DNA of 64,000 nucleotides from Dehalococcoidia bacterium (GCA_022825745.1 JAJDWF010000114.1:4515-68514), one strand, 5' to 3'; positions 46,264 through 56,284 are shown, counted from the stretch's first letter. Numbers and translations: made by a program. The notes: a model not told the origin generated them from the letters alone.

Positions 46264-47172
46264 ATGGCCGATTACTATGACATACTGGGCGTGTCGCGCG
46301 GCGCCGACGAGAAGGAAATCCGTCAGGCATACCGCCGGCTGGCGCGCCAGCACCATCCCGACGTGAACCCGGGGGATGATGACGCCGCCGAGCGGTTCAA
46401 GTCCATCAACGCCGCCTACGAGGTGCTGTCCGACGCCGACAAGCGGGCGAAGTACGACCGCTACGGCGACCAATGGCAGCACGCCGAGCACTTTGAGCAG
46501 CAGGGCGGCCCGGACTTTTCGCAGTTCTTCCGGGGCGGGAATGCCGGCCATGGATCGGGCGGCTTCTCATTCAACATCGGCGGCGCATCGCTTTCCGATA
46601 TACTCGGCGGCCTGGGAGGGCTCGGGGACTTGGGCGGTATCGGCGAACGCATGCGGCCGCGTCCGGCGGAGATTCCAGTGGACATTTCGCTGGAGGAAGC
46701 CGACGCCGGCGCCACGCGCCGGGTCAACCTGCCCGGCGGCCGGCGGCTGGAAGTAAAAATCCCGCCAGGCATCGCCGACGGCGGCCGGGTGCACATCGCC
46801 GCGGGCAATGAGTCCGGCGGCGAGTTCAACCTGGTGGTATCGGTGCTGCCGCACCAGCGGTTCGAGCGGGACGGGGCCGACCTGCACACGTCGGTGGACG
46901 TGCCCCTGCTGGACGCGGTGCTGGGCGGCACGGCGCAGGTGAAAACGCTGCGCGGCCAGATCGAGTTGACGCTGCCGCCCGAAACGCAGAACGGCCGGCG
47001 GTTCCGGATGGTCGGCCAGGGCATGGCCCGGCTGAACGACCCCGAGCGCCGGGGCAACCTGTACGCCACGGTCAACGTGATACTGCCGTCCAACCTTACC
47101 GACCAACAGCGCGCCCTTTTTGAGCAGATGCGCGAGTGTGCCGCTGGAAATGAAGCATCGAAAAAGGAGTAA
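46264..47172 (+). CDS. J-domain co-chaperone, type II (CbpA-like; no zinc-finger domain)
   Basis: DYYDILGVSRGADEKEIRQAYRRLARQHHPDVN (HPD motif), a G-rich linker and a C-terminal substrate-binding domain. No CxxCxGxG repeats. Confidence 0.8.
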   Translation: MADYYDILGVSRGADEKEIRQAYRRLARQHHPDVNPGDDDAAERFKSINAAYEVLSDADKRAKYDRYGDQWQHAEHFEQQGGPDFSQFFRGGNAGHGSGGFSFNIGGASLSDILGGLGGLGDLGGIGERMRPRPAEIPVDISLEEADAGATRRVNLPGGRRLEVKIPPGIADGGRVHIAAGNESGGEFNLVVSVLPHQRFERDGADLHTSVDVPLLDAVLGGTAQVKTLRGQIELTLPPETQNGRRFRMVGQGMARLNDPERRGNLYATVNVILPSNLTDQQRALFEQMRECAAGNEASKKE

Positions 47173-47177
47173 ATGCC

Positions 47178-47531
47178 ATGACGACGAATGACGATTTCAC
47201 CACCGAACCTTGTTTCGTCATCAGCGTCGCGGCCCGCATGGTGGGATTGCACGCCCAGACGCTGCGTTATTACGAACGCGTGGGCCTGGTGATGCCGTCC
47301 CGTTCGGGAGGCCGCCAGCGGCTCTACTCCATGGCCGACGTGGAGCGGCTGCGGCGCATCAAGACTTTTACGGACGAATTGGGCGTGAACCTGGCCGGGG
47401 CTGAAGTAGCCCTGAAACTGGTTGACCGCATCCGGGAACTGGAAGCCCAGGTGGAAGCTTTGACCAACGAAGTGGCGCGGTTGAGAGCCCCCGGACGTAA
47501 CCGGGCCGTCAGCCCGTCCCGCAATAATTAG
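47178..47531 (+). CDS. hspR: MerR-family heat-shock repressor HspR
   Basis: FVISVAARMVGLHAQTLRYYERVGLVMPSRSGGRQRLYSMADVERLRRI; sits downstream of a J-protein gene as in actinobacterial dnaK operons. Confidence 0.75.
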   Translation: MTTNDDFTTEPCFVISVAARMVGLHAQTLRYYERVGLVMPSRSGGRQRLYSMADVERLRRIKTFTDELGVNLAGAEVALKLVDRIRELEAQVEALTNEVARLRAPGRNRAVSPSRNN

Positions 47532-47547
47532 AGCGGAGGTGACCGAT

Positions 47548-50025
47548 ATGGTACTGAGCGCAGAGAAATTCACCCGCCAGGCGCAGGAAGCCCTGCAACG
47601 TTCCCAGGAACTGCTGAGGAACTACCAGCACACCCAATGGGACGTGGAGCACGTGCTGCTGGCCCTGGTCGCATTGGAAGACGGGCTGCCCGAGCGCATC
47701 CTGCGCGAGTTGGGCGTGGACCCGGAACAGGTCAAGAGCCGGCTGCACCAGTCGCTGGAAGGCTTGCCGAAAATGGTCGCCGGCTCCCAGCAGATTTTCA
47801 TCACGCCCCGGCTGCAGCGCATGCTCCAGGTGTCGGATGAGGAAGCCCAACGGCTGCGCGACCAGTTCATCAGCGTGGAACACCTGCTGGTGGCCGCCGC
47901 CCGGGAAAACTCCGGCGATTCCGCCCGGCTGTTCCAGGACCTGGGCATCAACCAGGAGATGGTCTATCAGGCGATGCAGAAGCTGCGGGGGGCCCACCGG
48001 GTCGATGACCCCGACGCCGAGCAACGCTACCGCTCTCTGGAGAAGTATAGCGTTGACCTGACCGAACTGGCCCGCGTCGGCAAGCTGGACCCGGTGGTGG
48101 GACGCGAGCAGGAAATTCGCCAGGTGATGCAGACGCTGACCCGGCGCACCAAGAACAACCCGGTGCTGATCGGCGAGGCCGGCGTGGGCAAGACGGCCAT
48201 CGCCGAGGGTCTGGCCAGCAAGATCATCTGCGACGACGTGCCCGATTCCCTGCACAACAAGCGGGTGATGGCACTGGACATGGGCCGGCTGGTGGCCGGC
48301 GCCAAGTTCCGCGGCGAGTTCGAGGAACGCCTCAAGTCGGTGATCGACGAGGTGACGTCGTCCAACGGCGAGGTCATCGTGTTCCTGGACGAGATGCACA
48401 CGCTGGTGGGCGCCGGCGCCGGCGAGGGCGGGCTGGACGCCAGCAACATGCTGAAACCCGCCCTGGCCCGGGGCGAACTGCAAGCCATCGGCTCCACCAC
48501 GCTGGACGAATACCGCAAGCACATCGAGAAGGACCCGGCGCTGGCCCGGCGGTTCCAGCCGGTGTACGTGGAAGAACCCGACCAGGAGCAGGCCCTTGCC
48601 ATCCTGCGGGCGCTGAAACCGCGTTACGAAGCTCACCACAAGGTGACCATGACCGACAATGCGCTGGAAGCGGCGGTGCGCCTGAGCGACCGCTACATCA
48701 CCGACCGCAAGCTGCCGGACAAGGCCATCGACTTCATCGACGAGGCGGCCAGCAAGGTGCGCATCGACGCCGGCTCGCTGCCGCCCCAGGTGCAGGAGAT
48801 GGAGAACCGCCGCCGGGAACTGCTAGACCTTGAAGAGCGGGCCAACCAGATGTCCGACTACGAGCGGTCGGCGCAGCACCGCACCGAGCGGATGCGCCTG
48901 GAAGAGGAGTTGAACGCCGAGCACCGGCGGATCGAACACGACTCCGGCCCCGACCTGGTGGTGAACGAAAAGGACATCGCCGAGCTGGTGTCCAACTGGA
49001 CCGGCATCCCCGTGGGTCAGTTGATGGAGGGCGAAGCCGAGCGTCTGCTGCACATGGAAGACCATCTGCACAAGCGCGTCATCGGGCAGGACGAGGCCAT
49101 CAGCGCCGTGTCCGACACCATACGCCGCGCCCGCTCCGGCCTTAACGACCCCAAACGGCCCTACGGCAGTTTCATTTTCCTGGGCCCCACCGGCGTGGGC
49201 AAGACCGAGTTGAGCCGGGCGCTGGCCGAGTTCCTGTTCGCCGACGAGGACAACATGGTGCGCCTGGACATGTCGGAGTACGGCGAGCGGCATACGGTGT
49301 CGCGGCTGATTGGCGCGCCTCCCGGCTACGTCGGGTACGACGACGCGGGGCAGCTGACCGAGGCAGTACGACGCCGGCCGCACCAGGTCATCCTGTTCGA
49401 CGAGATCGAAAAGGCCCACCCGGACGTGTTCAACCTGCTGCTCCAGATCCTGGAGGACGGCCGGCTAACCGATGGCCAGGGCCGGACGGTGGATTTCCGC
49501 AACACGGTGGTCATCATGACCAGCAACCTGGGCACCGGTGACCTGTCCCGGCAACCCTTTGGCCTCGGCCCCGGCGCTGACCGGGAACAGGAGGCCGGCA
49601 AGGTTACGCCGGAACAGTCCCGCACCGTGCATGAGGCGTTGCGCCGGGCTTTCCGCCCCGAGTTGCTGAACCGCATCGACGAGACCATCGTGTTCCACCC
49701 GCTGAGCCGGGCCCAGATCGGCCAGATCGTCGGCCTGCTGGTGGCCCAGGTGCAGGAACGGCTGGCCGAGCGCAACATCACCTGCGAGCTGACCGAGGCC
49801 GGCTGCGACTGGCTGGTGAAGGAAGGGTTCGACGTGAGCTACGGCGCACGCCCGCTGCGCCGCGCCATCCAGCGCCACCTGGAAAATCAGCTGTCCCGGG
49901 GCGTGCTCTCCGGCGAGTTCACCGAAGGCGACCACGTAGTCGCCGACGTGAACGAAGCCGGCGACGGACTGAGGCTATCGGTCAGCGTCCCCGCCGACGA
50001 TAAGGAGTTGGTGGGGGTGGCCTGA
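47548..50025 (+). CDS. clpB: ATP-dependent chaperone ClpB (class I AAA+ disaggregase)
   Basis: Clp N-domain; two Walker A sites ([18 protein letters not shown]); a coiled-coil middle region. ATG 47548 sits 8 nt after GGAGG. Confidence 0.9.
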   Translation: MVLSAEKFTRQAQEALQRSQELLRNYQHTQWDVEHVLLALVALEDGLPERILRELGVDPEQVKSRLHQSLEGLPKMVAGSQQIFITPRLQRMLQVSDEEAQRLRDQFISVEHLLVAAARENSGDSARLFQDLGINQEMVYQAMQKLRGAHRVDDPDAEQRYRSLEKYSVDLTELARVGKLDPVVGREQEIRQVMQTLTRRTKNNPVLIGEAGVGKTAIAEGLASKIICDDVPDSLHNKRVMALDMGRLVAGAKFRGEFEERLKSVIDEVTSSNGEVIVFLDEMHTLVGAGAGEGGLDASNMLKPALARGELQAIGSTTLDEYRKHIEKDPALARRFQPVYVEEPDQEQALAILRALKPRYEAHHKVTMTDNALEAAVRLSDRYITDRKLPDKAIDFIDEAASKVRIDAGSLPPQVQEMENRRRELLDLEERANQMSDYERSAQHRTERMRLEEELNAEHRRIEHDSGPDLVVNEKDIAELVSNWTGIPVGQLMEGEAERLLHMEDHLHKRVIGQDEAISAVSDTIRRARSGLNDPKRPYGSFIFLGPTGVGKTELSRALAEFLFADEDNMVRLDMSEYGERHTVSRLIGAPPGYVGYDDAGQLTEAVRRRPHQVILFDEIEKAHPDVFNLLLQILEDGRLTDGQGRTVDFRNTVVIMTSNLGTGDLSRQPFGLGPGADREQEAGKVTPEQSRTVHEALRRAFRPELLNRIDETIVFHPLSRAQIGQIVGLLVAQVQERLAERNITCELTEAGCDWLVKEGFDVSYGARPLRRAIQRHLENQLSRGVLSGEFTEGDHVVADVNEAGDGLRLSVSVPADDKELVGVA

Positions 50026-50029
50026 CCGT

Positions 50030-50938
50030 TCAGTTCAGCACCAGCACCGCGCCGGCGACGATCACCCACGCTGCTATCGACAGCAGCAGCGGCGCGTCGC
50101 GCAGCATCAAGATTTCGGGTGATTCGGCGTCCCGGCTGTTGTTGAGCAGGTAGAGGTAGCGGAACAGGCCGAAAATCACCAGCGGCACGGTGAGCAGCAT
50201 GGTGTTGTTGTCCGGCAGGTTGTCGGCCTCCACGGCGTACAGCGTGTAGCTGACCAGCGCAGCCGTTGCCGAGAGCACCAGCAGTTGTCCACCCACCGGC
50301 GGCCCGTAGTGTTGCAGCGTGGGCCGCTGGGCGTCCGGGTCGGGGCCGGCCAGCCGCGCCTCGGCGTAGCGCCGGCCAATCACGATGAACAGCGCGCCGG
50401 CCGCCGTCACCGCATAGAGCCAGGGGGACGGTGTGGCGCCGACGGCCACCGCCCCAGCGACGGCGCGCATCACGTAGCCGGCGGCCACCAGCATCACGTC
50501 CACCAGCGCCACCTGCTTGAGGCGCAGCGAGTAGCCCACGTTGACCAGCAGATAGACGGCGCCAATCACCGCCAAAGGCACCAGCGGCGGTTCGGAGATG
50601 GCGTAAAGGCCGAACATCCCCCCGACAATCAGGACGAACTGGGCGGCGGCAGCCAACGGTACGGGGAGCCGTCCCGACGCGATGGGACGGGTTCGCTTGG
50701 TCGGGTGCTGGCGGTCAGCCTCGCGGTCGGCCAGGTCGTTGATGATGTACACCGCCGAGGACAGCGCGCAGAATGCGGCGAACAGTATCGCCAGCCGGGG
50801 AGCGTAGGGCAGCAGGGTGGTCAGATCATTAGCGGACCAGACCAGGTCCACCGCAAACAGCAGGGGCAGGAACACCAGAAGGTTTTTCACCCATTGGCGC
50901 GGCCGGGCGGTTTTGACGAGTCCGGCGACGGCGTTCAT
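50030..50938 (-). CDS. UbiA-family decaprenyl-phosphate phosphoribosyltransferase-like enzyme
   Basis: ARPRQWVKNLLVFLPLLFA.., YIINDLADREADRQHPTKRTRPIASG. The ATG shares one base with the upstream stop (TGATG). Confidence 0.75.
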   Translation of the reverse strand: MNAVAGLVKTARPRQWVKNLLVFLPLLFAVDLVWSANDLTTLLPYAPRLAILFAAFCALSSAVYIINDLADREADRQHPTKRTRPIASGRLPVPLAAAAQFVLIVGGMFGLYAISEPPLVPLAVIGAVYLLVNVGYSLRLKQVALVDVMLVAAGYVMRAVAGAVAVGATPSPWLYAVTAAGALFIVIGRRYAEARLAGPDPDAQRPTLQHYGPPVGGQLLVLSATAALVSYTLYAVEADNLPDNNTMLLTVPLVIFGLFRYLYLLNNSRDAESPEILMLRDAPLLLSIAAWVIVAGAVLVLN

Positions 50939-51888
50939 CAGTCGCTCGTGGTTATTTCCGGATGCGGCGCGGCGGCTCCGGCCCGGCTGATCCACAGCCA
51001 CGCCAGCAGACCGATCAGCACCGCGAACCACAGGGTAGCCAGCCGGGTGAGCAGCGTAGCCAGCGCCGCTTCGGGCGCGCCCAGGCCGGCCTTACGCAGC
51101 AGGGCCACCATGCTGCCCTCAAAGCCCACCAAGCCGCCGGGCAGCGCAGTTACCGCGCCCACCAGCGCCGCCGCCGCCGAAATCGGTATCGCGACCAGCG
51201 GCGACACCCACTCGCCGATGCCGACGATGACGATCCACAGCGCCAATCCCTCGGCGGCCCAGGCCAACGCGCCCAGGAACACCGCGACCGTGAGCATGGC
51301 CGGCGACATCAGGCGTCGGAAGCCGTCCAGCGACTGCGCCAATGGTTCCTGCCACCGCCGCAACACCGGCAACCGCAGTGCAACCGTGCCGAACCGGGAC
51401 GCCGCCAGGATCCCGGCAATGACTGCGACCACCAGGATGCCGCCAACGATCAGGGCCACGGCAGTGGGCAGCAACACGATGCCGGTGAGACCCAGCAATC
51501 CAACCGATAAAACGTCCGTCAGGCGTTCCATGACCACGGCGGGCGCGGATGCCGAAACCGGGACGCCGGCCCAGCGGTTCAGCCAGACGCTCTTCAGCAG
51601 TTCGCCCGCTTTCCCCGGCGTGATGGACAGGGCGAGTCCGGCGACGAACACCGACGCGCTTACCGAGTGGGACACGCGGATGTCCAGCGCACGCAAGTAT
51701 ATCGCCCACCGCAGATAACGCAGGACATAGTTGACCACGGCCAGGCCCAGGGCGGCTGCCAACCCCGCGTAGGGCGACGGCGCGTTCGCCAGCAGGCTGC
51801 TCACCTCGCGCAGGTCGCCGTAGGCCAGCAGGCCGGCGAACGCCGCCACGGTCAGCAGGATCAGCAGCAGCCAGTTGCGCCGTTTCAA
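50938..51888 (-). CDS. UPF0104/flippase-like (lysylphosphatidylglycerol synthase TM-region family) membrane protein
   Basis: YVLRYLRWAIYLRALDIRVS..LSITPGKAGELLK; multi-TM. Confidence 0.7.
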   Translation of the reverse strand: MKRRNWLLLILLTVAAFAGLLAYGDLREVSSLLANAPSPYAGLAAALGLAVVNYVLRYLRWAIYLRALDIRVSHSVSASVFVAGLALSITPGKAGELLKSVWLNRWAGVPVSASAPAVVMERLTDVLSVGLLGLTGIVLLPTAVALIVGGILVVAVIAGILAASRFGTVALRLPVLRRWQEPLAQSLDGFRRLMSPAMLTVAVFLGALAWAAEGLALWIVIVGIGEWVSPLVAIPISAAAALVGAVTALPGGLVGFEGSMVALLRKAGLGAPEAALATLLTRLATLWFAVLIGLLAWLWISRAGAAAPHPEITTSD

Positions 51889-52652
51889 TCCGCCCCCGCA
51901 TTAGGCATCAGGCAGATCTGCGCCGCCAGGTAGCCGGCGCCGAAGCCGTTGTCGATATTCACCACGCCGACGCCGGGCGCGCAGGAATTGACCATGCCCA
52001 GCAGCGCGGCCAGGCCCTCGAAACTCGCCCCGTAGCCCACGCTGGTGGGTACGGCGATGACCGGTGCGGACACCAGGCCGGACACCACGCTGGCCAGCGC
52101 CGCCTCCATGCCGGCGACCACCACGATTACCCGGGCCTGCTGCAATCGTTCCAGTTGGTCCAGCAGGCGGTGCAGCCCGGCGACGCCCACGTCGTTCAGC
52201 CGGCCGGCGCAGCAGCCCATCAGCTCGGCGGTTATTGTTGCCTCCTCCGCAACCGGCAAGTCGGCAGTGCCGGCGGTGACGATGAGCAGCCCGGCGTCCC
52301 GTGGAGCGGCCGGCGGATCGGCGGGAACCACGATGCAGCGGGCCAACTGCCGGTACTCCGCCGACGGAACCGCAGCCGACACTGCCCGAAAAGCGTCCGG
52401 TGAGGCGCGGGTGACCAGGACGGGGTGCCCCCGGCCCGCCATCGCCGGCACGATTCCGGCGATTTGTTCCGGGGTCTTTCCTTGCCCCAGCACTACTTCG
52501 GGCCAGCCTGTGCGCAGCGGCCGGTGATGGTCCAGGCGGGCGTAGTCCAGGTCCTGGTACGGCAAGCCGCGCAGGGCAACTACCGCGTCGGACATGGGAA
52601 CGCTGCCGTCGCGTACCCCTTCCAGCAGAGCGAAGAGCGACGCCGAATCCAT
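51885..52652 (-). CDS. larB: LarB-type (PurE-like) nickel-pincer cofactor biosynthesis carboxylase/hydrolase
   Basis: LDHHRPLRTGWPEVVLGQGKTPEQI.., VTAGTADLPVAEEA.., VVVAGMEAALASVVSGLV..VIAVPTSVGYGASFEGLAALLGMVNSC. Confidence 0.8.
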   Translation of the reverse strand: MDSASLFALLEGVRDGSVPMSDAVVALRGLPYQDLDYARLDHHRPLRTGWPEVVLGQGKTPEQIAGIVPAMAGRGHPVLVTRASPDAFRAVSAAVPSAEYRQLARCIVVPADPPAAPRDAGLLIVTAGTADLPVAEEATITAELMGCCAGRLNDVGVAGLHRLLDQLERLQQARVIVVVAGMEAALASVVSGLVSAPVIAVPTSVGYGASFEGLAALLGMVNSCAPGVGVVNIDNGFGAGYLAAQICLMPNAGAD

Positions 52653-52655
52653 GCT

Positions 52656-53036
52656 TCAACCCGTTTCGGACGCCGGAGCGGTTGCGGCGGTCTGCGTTTT
52701 GATCAGGCGGTAGAGGCCGCCCAACGTGCTCATGCCGGCCACGTATGCCGAAAACACCGCCACCGCGATCCAGGTGAGGGCCACGAACCGGCCGGGTATG
52801 GGCAGCGCCAGGGTCACAACGAGCGCGATTGCCGCCAGGATCAGCGCCGACGCGATGCCGACGGCACACCCGAAATAAGTCGCAGCGACCAGCGGCGCGC
52901 GGTCGCCTACGTCAACGGACCGGATGCCGAAGTACGCGCCCAGGAACGGGCCGAAAGGCGCCAGCAGCACCTGGGCGATGGGTATCACCGTGCAGATCAG
53001 CATCACGGCCAGCGCGGTGAGGACGCCTTTAGCCAT
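52656..53036 (-). CDS. Small integral membrane protein (4 TM-like), hypothetical
   Basis: MAKGVLTALAVMLICTVIPIAQVLLAPFGPFLGAYFG... The stop lies 4 nt from the larB start. Confidence 0.45.
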   Translation of the reverse strand: MAKGVLTALAVMLICTVIPIAQVLLAPFGPFLGAYFGIRSVDVGDRAPLVAATYFGCAVGIASALILAAIALVVTLALPIPGRFVALTWIAVAVFSAYVAGMSTLGGLYRLIKTQTAATAPASETG

Positions 53037-53196
53037 GGCGGGGCAGCCGGTCGGGGATTGGGGATGACAAGGTTGGCATGGGAGCAATCAGTATAGCCGG
53101 CCGGGGGCGGCGGCGCATCGGCGTTTCGGATTATAATCCCCACATAGGGGCGGGTCTTGTGCCCGCCCTGGTACAGCCGGGGAGCAGGAGGAAACA

Positions 53197-53625
53197 ATGA
53201 CGCAGCAGGAAGCATCGTCGCCGGCCGAGCAGGATGGGCCGTTCGCCGAGTTGCTGGACATACGGCCGGGCGAATCCGCCGACGGCGTGGGCACGGCGTT
53301 CATGACGGTGGCGGACAAGCATCGCCAACGCGCCGGCGCGGTGCAGGGCGGCATCCTGGTGGCCCTGGCGGACTACGCATTTTTCCGCGCCTGCCGGTCG
53401 GTCCTGAAAGAGGGCGAACACGCCGTCACCATCGAGCTGAAGCTGAACTTCATCGCCCCGGCCAGGGAAGGCGACCTCACGGCCCGCAGCGTCATCAAGA
53501 GCCGGGGCGGTCGCATCATAGTTGCGGATATGGAGATCATGGGACCGGACGGCAATCTCATCGCCACGGGCCTCGGAACCTACATGACGGTGTACGACCG
53601 GCGGGTGAACCCCAGGACGGATTGA
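53197..53625 (+). CDS. PaaI-family hotdog-fold thioesterase
   Basis: GAVQGGILVALADYAF.., TIELKLNFIAPAREGDLTARSVIKSRGGRIIVADMEI. Confidence 0.8.
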   Translation: MTQQEASSPAEQDGPFAELLDIRPGESADGVGTAFMTVADKHRQRAGAVQGGILVALADYAFFRACRSVLKEGEHAVTIELKLNFIAPAREGDLTARSVIKSRGGRIIVADMEIMGPDGNLIATGLGTYMTVYDRRVNPRTD

Positions 53626-53633
53626 GTGCGAAT

Positions 53634-53649
53634 CGTCGAATGTTCGACG
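53634..53649. promoter_or_regulatory. Inverted repeat cgtcgaa-tg-ttcgacg just upstream of the Rrf2 promoter (candidate operator)
   Basis: 7+2+7 inverted repeat. TTGGCA (53651-56), 18-nt spacer, TATAAT (53675-80) follow. Confidence 0.3.
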
Positions 53650-53715
53650 GTTGGCATTCCCGTCGTAGATTCGTTATAATCTGTAAGCGACGGAGGTGTC
53701 GGTTTGCGCATCCCG

Positions 53716-54183
53716 ATGAGAGTCGATTACGGGGTTCGGGCGTTGGTCGAGTTGGCCATGCGCTACGGCGACGGCCCGGTGCAGACCTCGGCCATCGCTT
53801 ACCGGCAGGGCATTCCCGAGTCCTACCTGGAACGGCTGATGTCCGCGCTGAACAAGAGCGGCTTCGTCCACAGCCGGCGCGGCCCCCAGGGCGGCCACCT
53901 GCTGGCCCGCCCCCCGCAGCAAGTGAACCTGTATGAAATCATGCAGGAACTGGACGGCAATTCGTCGCCCCTTGACTGTCTGACCCTCCCGACGGACTGC
54001 ATGTTTGCGGACTGCTGCGCGCAGAAGGAAATCTGGCGGACGGTGGAGGACTCCATTCAGAAGGTTCTGGAATCCACCACGCTGGCGCACCTGGCCGAGC
54101 GGCAGTGTGCGTTGATCGAGGAGTCCGACCTGCGCGCCGACCGATGGGAACCCGTTGCCGGCCCGATTCCGGCGTCGGTTTGA
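53716..54183 (+). CDS. Rrf2 family transcriptional regulator
   Basis: MRVDYGVRALVELAMRYGDGPVQTSAIAYRQGIPESYLERLMSALNKSGFVHSRRGPQGG. Confidence 0.8.
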   Translation: MRVDYGVRALVELAMRYGDGPVQTSAIAYRQGIPESYLERLMSALNKSGFVHSRRGPQGGHLLARPPQQVNLYEIMQELDGNSSPLDCLTLPTDCMFADCCAQKEIWRTVEDSIQKVLESTTLAHLAERQCALIEESDLRADRWEPVAGPIPASV

Positions 54184-54409
54184 TCCCATGCGCGCCTTTA
54201 AGACGCGCTGTTGCTTGACAAAAAATCCGGCCCGGCGATAAACTCGCTGGAAATGCTGCAAACGCGACCCTCTACCTTTACCTGCGCCTGTCCCGACACA
54301 TAGGGACGGGCCAATTGCAACTGCAAAGCGCCTGTGCCCACAAGAACCGTGCCACGGATTGGGGTGCGGGTTTTCTTATGCGATGGCGCCCGACACGGAG
54401 GAACCCCAA

Positions 54410-55261
54410 ATGGTGCAACCCCTTCGGTTGACCCCGGACCAGGTCAAACGCTACAGCCGCCACATCATCATGCAGGATGTGGGCAGCGCCGGCCAGCGCA
54501 AGATGATGGAGTCCAGCGCGCTGATTATCGGGGCCGGCGGCCTGGGTTCTCCCTCGGCGGTGTACCTGGCCCTGGCCGGCGTCGGCAAGCTGGGCATCGT
54601 TGACTTCGACGTGGTCGAACTGTCCAACCTACAACGGCAGATTTTGCACCACACGCCCGACGTGGGCCGTCCCAAAGTCCAGTCGGCCCTGGACAACATC
54701 AAGTCCTACAACCCGGAAGTTGAGGTGGTGCTGCACGAAGCGTGGCTCACCTCCGAGAACGCCTTTGACATCATCGGCCAGTACGACATCGTGATCAACG
54801 GCGCCGACAATTTCGCCACCCGGTACCTGGTCAACGACGCCTGCTACCTGCTCAACAAGCCGCTCATCGACGGCAGCATCCTGATTTTCGACGGCCAGGC
54901 CACCGTGTTCCTGCCGGGCCAGGGCTGCTACCGTTGCCTGTTCCCGGCGCCGCCGCCTCCCGGCATGGTGCCCAACTGTGCTGAGGCCGGAGTGCTGGGC
55001 GCGCTGACGGGCCTGGTGGGTTCCATCCAGGCCACCGAGGCGCTGAAGCACATCCTGGGCATCGGGGAGAGCCTGTCCTCACGCCTGCTGGTCATCGACG
55101 CGCTGAGCATGCAGTTCCGGGAAGTCCGTTTGCGGCGCAATCCCGACTGCCCGCTGTGCGGCGACAACCCGACGGTGAAGGAACTCATCGACTACGAAGT
55201 GTTCTGCGGAGTGGCCGAGGAAGCGCCCGAGCCGCTGGCCGTCGCGGCCGGAGCCGTGTAG
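54410..55261 (+). CDS. moeB: ThiF/MoeB-family sulfur-carrier adenylyltransferase (no rhodanese domain)
   Basis: RYSRHIIMQDVGSAGQRKM..ALIIGAGGLGSP..VDFDVVELSNLQRQ; Zn motifs CYRC and CPLCG. Confidence 0.8.
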   Translation: MVQPLRLTPDQVKRYSRHIIMQDVGSAGQRKMMESSALIIGAGGLGSPSAVYLALAGVGKLGIVDFDVVELSNLQRQILHHTPDVGRPKVQSALDNIKSYNPEVEVVLHEAWLTSENAFDIIGQYDIVINGADNFATRYLVNDACYLLNKPLIDGSILIFDGQATVFLPGQGCYRCLFPAPPPPGMVPNCAEAGVLGALTGLVGSIQATEALKHILGIGESLSSRLLVIDALSMQFREVRLRRNPDCPLCGDNPTVKELIDYEVFCGVAEEAPEPLAVAAGAV

Positions 55262-55285
55262 AGTCAAATTGTTGAGACGCCGCTA

Positions 55286-56236
55286 ATGCTCACCAAGGGC
55301 ACCTACAAGGGTCTGATTTCCACCATCGGCAACACGCCGCTGGTGGAACTGGAAAACCTGAGCCCCAACCCCAACGTCCGCCTGTACGCCAAGCTGGAGG
55401 GGCAGAACCCCACCGGCAGCGTCAAGGACCGCATCGCCCTCAAGATGATCGAACGGGCGGAAGCGGACGGCGAAATTTCGCCCAACCGCACCATCCTGGA
55501 ACCCACGTCGGGCAACACCGGCATCTCCCTGGCCATGATCGGCCGGCTGAAGGGTTACAAGGTGTCCGTGGTGATGCCCGAAAACGTCTCCGTGGAGCGT
55601 ACGCAGCTGCTGGAAGCCTACGGCGCGGAGATCATCTACTCCGACGGCACGCTGGGCACCAACGGCAGCGTGGTAGTCGCCCAGGAAATCGTCGAGAAGA
55701 ACCCCCACGACTACCTGATGCTGTACCAGTACGGCAACGAGGGCAACCCGGAAGCCCACTACGAGGGGACGGGCCAGGAAATCGTGGAAGCCCTGCCCGA
55801 CGTGGACGTGTTCGTGGCCGGCCTAGGCACCGGCGGCACCCTGATGGGCAACGCCCGCCGCCTCAAGGAGCACCGCAGCGACATCAAGATCATCGCGGTC
55901 GCGCCGGAACCGGACGACTTCATATCCGGCCTGCGCCGCCTTGAGGACGGATTCATACCGCCCATCCTGGACATCAACCTGCTGGACAACCGCCTGCTGG
56001 TGAACAGCTTCGATTCCTTCTACATGACGAAAGACCTGATGGACAAGGAAGGTATCTTTGCCGGCATCTCCTCCGGTTCGGTCATCGCCGGCGCGTTGAA
56101 GCACGCCGAGCGAATGGAGAGCGGCAACGTGGTCTGCCTGCTGGCGGACGGCGGCTGGAAGTACCTGAGCAGCCAGTTGTGGACCCGGGACTACGAAACC
56201 CTGGCCCAGGAGGCGCAGGGCAAAATCTGGTGGTAG
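55286..56236 (+). CDS. cysM: PLP-dependent cysteine synthase (CysM/CysK family)
   Basis: IGNTPLVEL..KLEGQNPTGSVKDRIAL..EPTSGNTGISLA. Confidence 0.85.
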   Translation: MLTKGTYKGLISTIGNTPLVELENLSPNPNVRLYAKLEGQNPTGSVKDRIALKMIERAEADGEISPNRTILEPTSGNTGISLAMIGRLKGYKVSVVMPENVSVERTQLLEAYGAEIIYSDGTLGTNGSVVVAQEIVEKNPHDYLMLYQYGNEGNPEAHYEGTGQEIVEALPDVDVFVAGLGTGGTLMGNARRLKEHRSDIKIIAVAPEPDDFISGLRRLEDGFIPPILDINLLDNRLLVNSFDSFYMTKDLMDKEGIFAGISSGSVIAGALKHAERMESGNVVCLLADGGWKYLSSQLWTRDYETLAQEAQGKIWW

Positions 56237-56255
56237 CGCGGCGGATTGCCTCGCC

Positions 56256-56284
56256 TTGCCCACTGGTGATAGCGGTGGTATAAT
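56256..56284 (+). promoter_or_regulatory. Promoter candidate with extended -10 (TTGCCC-17-TATAAT, TGg upstream) ahead of nusA
   Basis: ttgccc at 56256-61; tggtataat at 56276-84. Confidence 0.35.

Noticed and set aside
47509-48639. 376-aa ORF antisense to clpB. The same applies to 56774..57762 opposite nusA and 59052..60026 opposite infB.
   Set aside because: Antisense to universally conserved genes.
54184-54409. Possible riboswitch in the moeB leader
   Set aside because: Hairpins are present, but I cannot match any riboswitch consensus (SAM, Moco, etc.) by eye. Not called.
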